NCBI GenBank assembly: GCA_043228905.1 | Contig: JBHGNT010000001.1 | Location: 744,001 to 808,000 of the forward strand | Direction: 5' to 3' | DNA length: 64,000 nucleotides | DNA from: Azolla caroliniana | Lineage: Eukaryota > Plantae > Polypodiophyta | In this document: in pieces, positions 53,951 through 64,000 of the stretch | Numbering within the stretch: position 1 is the stretch's first letter | How the letters are laid out: each line of letters starts with the position of its first letter | Notes under the pieces: model-generated | What the model saw: the letters and a program-made list of their open reading frames with translations, nothing else | What the model was told of the DNA's origin: nothing | The model's database searches: none | Translations under genes and position numbers: made by a program

Positions 53951-54971
53951 TAGATCATATTTTAGATCACATGATATGTTACTCTTGAATATTAGAAGCT
54001 TGCATTATATGTTCGGTGTTCGAGTTGAGTGACAGTAAATATTCATTCACGAGAACATGTATAACAAGATAGCGACTAACATCAAAGCATACGAACAAAC
54101 TCTTTGACATTACAAATAAGATGAATGGTTCACAATGTTTACTTTTTATATTGATTGGTCGTCAAGCATTGGTAATTAAATGCACAACGCACATTATGAT
54201 GCATTGTTGTCTCTTTTTTCAACATAGCAATTACGCCACCTTTGGAAAGGACACATCCATGTGATTGCAGTTGGAGAACAATGAATTTTGATCATTAGTT
54301 GAAGTGAATAATATTATCCTAGCCTTAAGACCTTAAACAACTCTTTTGAATTAGACTTAGAAAAGGGTGTGCATTTTAAAAACATTAAACATGTGCAAGA
54401 AAAAGAAAAGAGCGAATAATCACTCCTACTTTATAAACAAGTTATTACAACTGCTTTAGTTATATCTCAAAAAGGCAAATACAATAGAAAACATTAACCT
54501 TGAAATCATGAAATGAATAGATTTTTTATTTTTATTTACAATGGTAGCACATGATGATACAATAGGGGTATTTTCTATTGGTAGATGGAAAGTGTATATA
54601 ATATAATAGGATTTAAGGAATTAATACTAATTTCATATACTTGTATAAATAAGAGGAAGGGTCGAAGGCATTTGGGAAAAAGTCAGGGCGGGGATGTTTT
54701 GGAATATGAGAGTGTGAATAGTTTCAAAAAAGTATGGTCGAAATACCCAATGTAGACCCTACCCCAATGTTATAATAGATTCAAGAAACTCCATAATTGT
54801 CTCACTAAAGAAGAAAATTAAACTCAATATTGGGTCCCAATATGAAATGGCATGTCATTGGTGATGGATAAATGTTGATAAAGTGTCATAAAGCTTGCAT
54901 TGAAAAGATCTTTGTGAAAGGAATCCATAATACCAAATTGTGCAAATAATTGTGGTATGGAAACTAGCAGT

Positions 54972-55156
54972 TAACAATGGCCTCTTTCTTATTGGTTAAG
55001 AGAGAACCATATTGCATAATATTAGATTTTTTAATGCAATATGTCAAATATTGTTGTACTTCAATAACAATGGCCTCTTTCTTATTGGTTAAGAGAGAAC
55101 CATATTGTACAATATTAGATTTTCTAATGCAATATCTCAAATATTGTTGTACTTCA
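54972..55156. repeat. Tandem duplication, 93 bp x2
   Basis: TAACAATGGCCTCTTTCTTATTGGTTAAGAGAGAACC...TTGTACTTCAA is near-identical twice. Confidence 0.92.
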
Positions 55157-55780
55157 ACTTTGATATGCACCTAACCAACCTAGCATCAATTTCAATCATT
55201 CAAAGAATTTATTAAATTCCAAAGTAAAGCAATATAAAATGTATGACCTTTTTAATCTCCATGTAATGGCACATAATTTGGTAACTTGTAACAATGAGCA
55301 TTTCTCCATGTTAAGCATTTCTTTTTTGCCATTGGTCCAATGAGCAAAACATTCATCATTCAAATCAATTGTGATCTATGTTGATGTTTGGCTAGTATAT
55401 GTAACGTATATGTGGTTTTTGCAAATTTGATGGACATGTTAGAACACTTTATGAAATAAGTGAGGAGAATTACGAGTAGGATAAATGGAGAATGAAGAGG
55501 CAGAATAATGCCCAGGTTGATGACTTGGTAAGGTTTCTAGCAAGAAAGTCAATAAGGTAAATTAGTGAGGCTAGTGAGATTCATGTTGTGCCTAGCTGTA
55601 TCGTTTGGTAGACATGTGTCTTGCACTACTAGGGGCTATATTGGCCATGTGTTCAACTCCTACATTCCATAAGGTTATCTTGTAAGATTCGAAATCAATA
55701 TGTATGGGTTTTATAAAAAAACTTGGCTTTTACTAGCAAGATAATGCTCAAATATGGGAAAAAACAACAAAACATAGAAC

Positions 55781-58700
55781 CTAAAATGAGAAGGAGAAAT
55801 CGGAAGCAGAACAAGAGCTGGGCGACGAAGGAAATTTGGCACCGAGACGAACTCCAATGTGTTGTCTCCACCGACAATAGGCCCTGGAGGACTTGATCAT
55901 TAACAAAAAGATGATTCTATATGCCACCACCATGGCTAGAAGTGCCATTAGATCCCACCACTTGGACCTCCCCAAGTTCATCTCATACATATTTGCCAAA
56001 ATCACCTTCCCCGCAATTGGTGGAGCCAACATTTCGTCCCCGGACATGAATGTCAATCCTAGAAAATCATTCTTATACATGCCCTATCCACATAAAAAAG
56101 AAGGGGGGATGTAGCAATATAAGGCTATTGATCCAAACAATGGTAAGTTTAAAATTGGAAGTTGCATATTTCATGCCACATATACTACAATGCAGATGTA
56201 GCACAAATAAGGAAGCAACGTTTTGTGTGAAGATTGTAACGTTACTTACTTGCATTGCATATGTATGAAAGCTCAAATATGACATGGGATATCTCCAAAT
56301 CGGTTTTGGCATATCATTTGGCAACCGGAAGAAGCCGGCTACTAGCATGAAAATACCCTGTTCATGTGTCATATCAAAATAAGTCCTCCATATGTTATAT
56401 ATGCATATTACAGACAAACAAAGGTGCATTGAAATATGAGGATAACATTTTAAAAATTAAATTGCAATAGAACAACACTACCAAAACTACCCCTAGGTTC
56501 TAATTTATACCCTGTTCATGAGTCATATCAACATAAATCCTTCATATGTTACATATACAGACAAACAAAGGTGCATTGAAATATGAGGATAACATTTTAA
56601 AAATTAAATTGAAATAGAACAACACTATCAAAACTACCCCTAGGTTCTAATTTTGTTTTACCATAATACCCCTAGGAGCAAATTTACTAGAGAGCAAGGG
56701 GTATTCTTGTGATTTTTGAAAACTTAAGATTTAGGGAAGGATAATCATGTACACACCTGGATGCCAGCTCCTGTGATAATTCCCATGAGGAAATTAGGGA
56801 TAACACTCGCTACCGCCATCATGAGGCTCTCTACAACCGCAAGACATGTCAAGAGGCAAAGCACAAAGTAGACAAAATGGCTAACCCCTGGGTGCAAGCC
56901 TACCATATAATAGCAAATGGAACTAGATACAATTGCAATAAGTCCCAAGAATGGCAAGGCCGATAATAAATTGGCCAGCACAAAAGAAATTACCCTGTAG
57001 TGCCCATTCAATTGCTCGCGACTAAAAACCTACATTTTTGCATAAACAAGGTCAAATTAGTAGGTATATATTCTCCTAGTAAGAGAGGGAAGCAAAACAA
57101 AATACTTTCTTATCTCCCCATAGTAAGATTATGGGGTTGAAAGTGTGTTTTTATGGGGCATTGAACATATCTGGTGCCCTCTATTCCACTTGTCTAGCCA
57201 CATTCTAAAGTCTCGGCCCTATTGTTTGGTTGACCTCATATTATTCGCACACTATAATTTTCGCAACCAGATGTTTAGATGTTAATATATCGTCATGTTG
57301 GTATTCAACCTTACCTTCATATCCTCTATAAAAGATGGAAATCCTCCAATCGACATGAATGTCAAGAAACCAGTGACATATGATATGCATGCTCCTCTTG
57401 CCTAAAAGAAGAAAAATGTTGTTACATATGGTCAGTGTAGCTAAGGAAATATGCCAAAAGCTTTAGATATGCATGTTGCGCACCATAACCGATTGATAAG
57501 TTGTTCCAATATTGAAGTAGATAGAACCAATGCATGTTGTCAACATGATATAGATTACAAGCCGAAGCCAATAGTATCCAACATCCCTCCTCATATTTAC
57601 AAATGATCTCGCCGAAAGAACCCAAGTTTGGGCTAGGAAAGATGTATTTGGAGTCACATTCAGATTAATCCCATCTGCTTTCTGTAAACCACTCAAAAAT
57701 AAAAAACAAATTGTTTACATGCACATTAGCATAAGTTTATGCCAAGCATTTTCTTACAGATTTGGGTACCTGGAACTGTTGAGTAATAAATTCTTCAGCT
57801 TGTGCTCTTGCAATCTCAAAAGACTTGGATTTGCTATAAGTATCCACAAGTATATTGGTCATTTGTGAAGAGCTTATACTCTTATCAAGAGGGTATAACG
57901 CAGTTTCTAAGTCCAATTCCTACAGCAGTTTATATAAAGCTTATAAAGAAAACTTCACTTTTTATGTATAATATAGAAGCTTCACCTTTTATGTATGCAA
58001 AGTTTTTAACCCTAGGTACATTTTTTATGCAGAATACTGTTTCAAATGGTCAGTCAGAGAGAACCTACCATGGGAAACGATGATTTAACTTTGTCGAAGT
58101 CGGAATTGATGGAACAAAGGTAATGGTCGGATGGATTCCGATCTCGGGGACATGGAAACCCAGCATTTGCAAAATGCTACACGAGAGTATATTCAATTAT
58201 GAACAGCAAGTCAAACATTTCTAAAGGTATGGCTGATCTGAAAATGAAGGATAAATGAGGTAGGTGGTGCATGATTTTTGAGTAATACCTCACTTGCCAT
58301 CTCTCGATCACCAAAGTAGACCGTTCTCCCACCCGAGAGGAGAAAGAGAGAGTCAAAGAGATCAAAAGTTTCACTACCAGGTTGATGAATAGCAGCTATG
58401 AGAGTCCTCTCCCCTTCATGGGCAAGCCGACGAAGTGTTGCAGTCACAAAGAAGGCAGAGGCACTGAGACGATGCATATCAATAACACTGATATTTCTCA
58501 ACACACTTGACCTCTCACACTAATAATAGACAGATATAATATGACAGACAAGATTGTTGGGTTATAAGTACAGCACTTCTCCAACCTACATACATAAGGA
58601 GAACTCTGGGTCTACTCATTCTTGCTAGCAGGCATGTGTTAGCAATATACTTTATTGACTGATCTAGCTTAGCTATCCTAAATTCACTAATGGGTACCAA

Positions 58701-60460
58701 ACTAATTGACTTCAACTTTCGGTCTTTTATGGACCTACAACAAATTGATTATTTTATATATATGAATATTGATGGTTCCAAGGTTTTAATACATACATTT
58801 ATAGTGATCATTATCGGAACCAGCACAATATATGATTTACCTGTCGAGGCCGCTTGTGGGTTCATCAAGAAAGAGTAGTTTCGGACGTGTAAGGATCTCC
58901 AAAGCTATGCTGAGTCGCCGCTTCTCTCCACCGCTCAGCCCTCTCAAATGCCAGTTTCCCACTGGTGTGTGGGCACTCTCACTCAACCCCATTTCTTCCA
59001 TTGCTTCCTCAACAAGTGCCTCCCTCTCTTCCTTTCCTACGCTTTCTGGTAGCCTTAACCTTGCAGAGTACATTATTGTCTCTCTTACCGTCAATGTACC
59101 CAGCAATGTATCGTCTTGTGTTACATATGCCTGTCAGTACTGATAGATTAGTGGAAATATATGGAGGTTAATATTGAATTACCGATTTTAACACAAGAAG
59201 GAATGCATCATAACACATAGCATTACTGCCACATTGCCACAAATCTATCAGTCACATTGCCACTAACACGAAAAGGAATCCAGATGAAGATGCGAACACA
59301 GACGACATTGTAATAGAATTTGGATGTGATGCGTTTACAGCATTGCAATTGATTTCTGATAAGATTTCATCATGCATGTAAATTGCAATGAAATTTATAT
59401 GTACAAGTTGCCCATCAAATAAAAAGTTGCTGCATCAAATTCTGATGTCTGGCAATCATATAACAGGGCATCAACATTGCATTTGGATGAAAGACTATCA
59501 TATAGCATCTTATCATTTCAATCAAATGAAAAGCCATGGTATAATATCTCAAATATTTCAATTGAATTGAGATGAGAAAGGCCATATTATAACATGTCAT
59601 TGTGATTGAATTTACTGTGAAACTTTAGTATAAAGGAGGGTAAGTTATATCACTCACAATTCCCTTTCCATGTGACATGTTCTTTTTTCCTGATCCAGTG
59701 GAGGCACAAATCTCCCCACTCAATCGAGCATTTTTCCCGAGCCTTCCTGTTTGGTGAACATAATCATTTACCATATTACATATAATACCTTCTTAACCAT
59801 CATTCATCACCCATCAGACATGATAATGCTTCATCATTAACCATATCCTATAGTGCAAGAATCAGCTAATGCATTGAGTAATTATTTAGGCACCATTTAT
59901 GTAGTTGATCAATGTGTTTGATCTATAATAAAAGAGCTCAAGTGAACACAAATAAACCAACCTGACAATGCATCTAGAAGAGTTGATTTTCCCGAACCCG
60001 AGGGACCCATTATAGCCAAGATGTGTCCTGCTTCAGCATATCCAGACAAACCATGCAAAACAACGGTAGACTGATTTTGAGACCTCGATACAGAGACCCA
60101 CAAGTCTTTCCAAGCTATTCCTACTCTTGATGATCTCAACCCATTACTATTCATGCATGAGGATGGTACCTTTTCCACATTCTTCTCCTCTGTTTCTACA
60201 CTCAAGGCCTCCATTAGAATTGGAGTATCAAAGACAGAGTAAGATTTATCACATGGATCATTTAGATCAATGGTAGTGAAGGTCTCTATTAAAGCTTTGC
60301 AGGAAGTAAAGTCCGGTTCATCTTTCTTATTGCATCTGAAGGGATCTTTAGGGACACTTGTAACAGCTCCATCAAGATATTTCTGTTGTTTTTTGGGTTT
60401 CCTTTTCTGTTGTTGTTGAAGGGGAGCTGTCAGATAATGGTAATGAGGAGCAAAATTCAT
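55781..60460 (-). CDS. ABCG: Half-size ABCG (WBC) transporter, ABCG11/12/15-like, about 759 aa, 11 exons
   Basis: Exons 60460-59962, 59746-59658, 59130-58841, 58463-58289, 58176-58069, 57919-57770, 57681-57484, 57401-57315, 57029-56757, 56357-56250, 56083-55781. Walker [58 protein letters not shown] and GFFRLPND. Confidence 0.94.
56353..56653. repeat. About 150-bp tandem duplication in ABCG intron 9 that includes the 3' splice site
   Basis: ATACCCTGTTCATG...CTACCCCTAGGTTCTAATTT occurs at 56353-56506 and again at 56507-56653. Confidence 0.9.
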
Positions 60461-63400
60461 AGTCGAACGATTATATGCAAATTTATATGGAAAAGAGGAT
60501 TGGAGATTCTGAGTAGTGGCTATAGAGATGCAGCTTCTTCAATCTAACGATGACGATGATTAAGAAGAAGCTTCTGAGTAGCGAGTGGCTATGGCGATGA
60601 AGCGTCTTCAATCTGATGATGAAGTTTGAATTCTCTCTGCCTCTTCCTGCATTCACACATGTCCGTCCACCCAAAAAGCCATTATGAATTTGTCCGCTAC
60701 TCACGAGCCCTGCCCTGCCCAACACTCTTCAACATCATTTACTCATTTCATGGTTCCTCCGTCTTCTTCTTCAATCCCCCACTCCAACATTTACTCCTTT
60801 CATGCCTCCTTCTCTTCTTCTTTTCCTTGCTTCACCCTCATCAATCACTAACTACACAAAAACCTCATCAAGTTCCATGTCCTCTCTCCACAAGAATGGT
60901 CTTGTAGCTTAAAAAGAAATTGTGTGGCAACATAGTAATAATGGTCTAGTAGCTTTAAAATGTGTATGTGAAGCACACTAATATCGTAATACCTAGGTAT
61001 CGTCCTTGCCTTGTTGAGATATTAACTTGTCAAGCTTTAACGTGACCCTTCAAACACTAGCGACATAACCTCATTAGGTCAAGATTGAGTTTCGATGAGA
61101 GTGATGCAGTAGCTTGAAGATCCACATGGTGCTAGTGTGGGCATCACAACGATATATGTTGGTCTAAACTTGGGTACAAGGAGCATGAGTATGTTGTTAG
61201 TATCTTAGCATGAAGACATGTATACCAAAAAGATGCTTGACATATTGCCATTATGCCTTCCTTCTTCCCCACACACCTTAAGCCCAATTCACATTTGCCA
61301 ACTACTTCCCAAAATTTGAAAATGAGGAACATTTGTCGGAATGAGAAAAAAAAAACTTCATTGTGACTTGTTCTTCGCTTTCAAAATGTTCATCAAGACT
61401 TAGCACAAATGAGGAGCATTTGTCAGAATTAGGCAAACATTAAATATATGATTAGATAATGATTAAAGAGATTAAGTTGGCAGAAATCAAGAGAAGATCA
61501 TTGGGTATAGTACATGCCAATGGTGTTTGGATGGCGTAACAATACGAGGAGCTTTTGCAAAAGGTATAACACCAAGAAATAATCATATACGTCAAGTGTA
61601 TAAAACCTAACAATACTTCGTTCATTGGTACAACACTAGCATGGTTGCAATATGCACCTTTTCTTGAGAGATGGATGACATTGCTAGAGGAATCCAATGG
61701 CTTTATTAAGAAACTTCAAGCCATCCAACAAAATTTGAAATTTGTACGCGTGAAATCTCTAGCTCTCAAACTTGTTCACAACAAAATATGCATACTCTAT
61801 GAGTATCTTCACCACTACTACAATGTCCCATCTCACGTCGAAGAGAATGTGAGCTAAGTCGTAGGGAAGCTTTGTTGTAGATGGTAAACAAAGAGATGGG
61901 TTGTAGTATGTACAAAACAGTGAGATTTCCCAATGAAAGAGAGATCATCAGATAATTCATTATGATTTTGGAGGTTGTCGCTGCATCGAGCTTGTTAGGA
62001 TCCGAAGGTATCATTCTTTGTAGCTTCAATTGAATAGGATGGCTTAATTAGAACTAATAGTAGTACAATATGCCATGTTAGATACACAAAATAGATTAAC
62101 GCCAAGGAGGTCAATAAGGTCAAGATTTGGTGTTCCAAAACATTACAACCATATTTGGAAGACGTTATTGGCATTAGCAATGTTGCTACACCAATTTGCA
62201 AGTTTATTGGAAGGATCACATGAGCTTGATTGGATTTTTATTGGGAATAAGAGTCTTGTCATGGTATCGGCAAATGATGTTTATTGGGAAGTATAGTTGG
62301 ATTGTGGAAAAAGTTAGAAAGGTCTGGGGCTTTCATTAGCCCATATCTTCATATCATGGGTTTACCTGTCTTTAACTAGAGTGCCAAATCATTGTTTGAG
62401 TGTGTTTTTGTGTATATAGATTTGGAAGGCATATCACCTCATTTCCAATATATTTTGGAGTATTTATGATATTAGGAGCTATTATTTAATCAGCGAATGA
62501 AAATTGCATTTATTGTTTATTCTCTAATTGGCAGAAAGTGGTATGTCTTGTGAGGCTAATAGGCATTCTTCTATGGCAATTCTCATTATTAGAAAAGTCA
62601 ATTAGTTAAAATATCACGAAGTTATGCTAAAGGAGTGGAATCACAGGTCTCACTCTGAAAATGTTGCAGCCTTGCATCCTATTGTAATTGCATTGTAGCA
62701 ATTCCAATACAAATTAGATAGACCAAGCACTACACATACACCATTGTAGCTTCAATGAAACAAAGTGAATGGGCAAAGGTCAAACCGCTAAGGCATTTGT
62801 CACATCAAGAAGGAAATATGTAAGTTGGCAAGCCATCATGTTCGTGACTTGATTTGGTCTAGAGGATTGAATAGTATCCCTAGGGATTCAATTTCCCCTA
62901 TGCAAAATAGTTTTAGCGGTATTAAGATGTTCATATTGAGATTTCCATGTACGCAAAATGAAGGAGAGGCTAAAGTCATTAGCAAAGAAAAACAAACAAT
63001 TTAATCCATTGATGGTAAGGAATGGTATGCCCAATAGCATATATATATATATATATAAAAGATACACACTAGTATAGCAAAGGATGTATACTTTTAACAA
63101 TTAGGTACATTGAGGTGTGTTCTAGATATTATGTCCTAATGGTTTATTTGTGTTACTTGAATTGAACACGTTTAGGGTTTAGGGTTATGGTAACACACAC
63201 ACAAGCTTCATGACAGCACTTTGAAAGCCAAAAAGGAAGGAAATATGTACCAAATAGTGTTTAACAATCCATAGTAATGCGTGCCATAAAGTTTACATGA
63301 AAACCCCCACAAATAACTACAAATTGTATATCCATAATCCTTTTATCTTGTATATATAACTTGCAGGCAGATAGACAAATAGACATATTATCTAGTCATG

Positions 63401-64000
63401 GTAGAAGGTCAATTTTGACCTATGGAGAGTCAAAGATGCAAATATATTTGATTATCATCCTCGGATGTCTGACACAAAGAGAGACGAGCACATGGAGGTT
63501 GAGAATGGGTGAAACTCTGTAATTAGAAGACAATGTGTGTATATTGGAATACGAAAGGATACTGTTGGAAACCTCAGGCACCACCACACTATAGATTAGT
63601 AAATAGAATGCAAAGCCAGTATGGTATATATATATATATATATAATCATATGTGAACCTGACATAATCACATGTAAGCCTGACAAAGAACTAGAATAAAA
63701 AGAAAACCATGATGGATATTTGGATAATGTGAATGGAATGATGAATAAACTATGATATATATATATATATATATAGACAGAGATTATCAGTAAATGTCAA
63801 GGATCTCTCTAATGTATCTATTGCAAAGAGGGCATGTCCCTCTACCCCTCCACAACTCTCGGGTACATGTGCGACAAAATGTGTGGCCGCAAGGGACAAA
63901 GCAAGCACCTTTCAACCCAACCATGCACACACAACACAAAGGATCAAGTTGTTCCGTCGGCTCCTCCCATGTGTCCCATGGACCTGCCTCGTATGATGTA

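Noticed and set aside
24718-60460. Functional nitrogen-metabolism gene cluster (ACY1 + NR + ABCG)
   Set aside because: The genes are separated by an unrelated cyclin and TE debris. No shared pathway is supported, and no nitrite reductase or NRT2 gene is present.
61400-62900. Scattered short ORFs, possibly TE-derived
   Set aside because: No motif could be recognised with confidence. Probably decayed retroelement, but unsupported without a search.
63170-63187. TTTAGGG repeats
   Set aside because: Only about two copies (telo-box scale), not a telomere or interstitial array.

Overview
AT-rich land-plant nuclear DNA. The abundant PLS-type PPR fragments, the LINE style and the microsatellite load suggest a seed-free plant, possibly a fern; this is inference only. 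Six intact multi-exon genes could be assembled by hand: an ASCH-domain protein (-), a small MGC-start ubiquitin-domain-protein family member (+), an aminoacylase-1/M20 peptidase with signal peptide and C-terminal RAEL (-), an A-type cyclin (+), assimilatory nitrate reductase (+) and a half-size ABCG transporter (-). Intergenic DNA holds decayed Ty3/gypsy and LINE remnants, two solo-LTR-like elements, a tRNA/SINE-like remnant, tandem duplications and microsatellites. The most unusual signal is a set of chimeric retrocopies: PPR fragments, one fused in frame to an intron-less actin C-terminus plus 3'UTR, ending in a shared LINE-type tail and poly(A). This suggests LINE template-switch capture of host mRNAs. 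Other points are three probable GC-AG introns, a duplicated decoy splice acceptor in the ABCG gene, and a G-quadruplex plus TAATC-cluster region upstream of nitrate reductase. No prokaryotic-type system (CRISPR, defence island) is evident.
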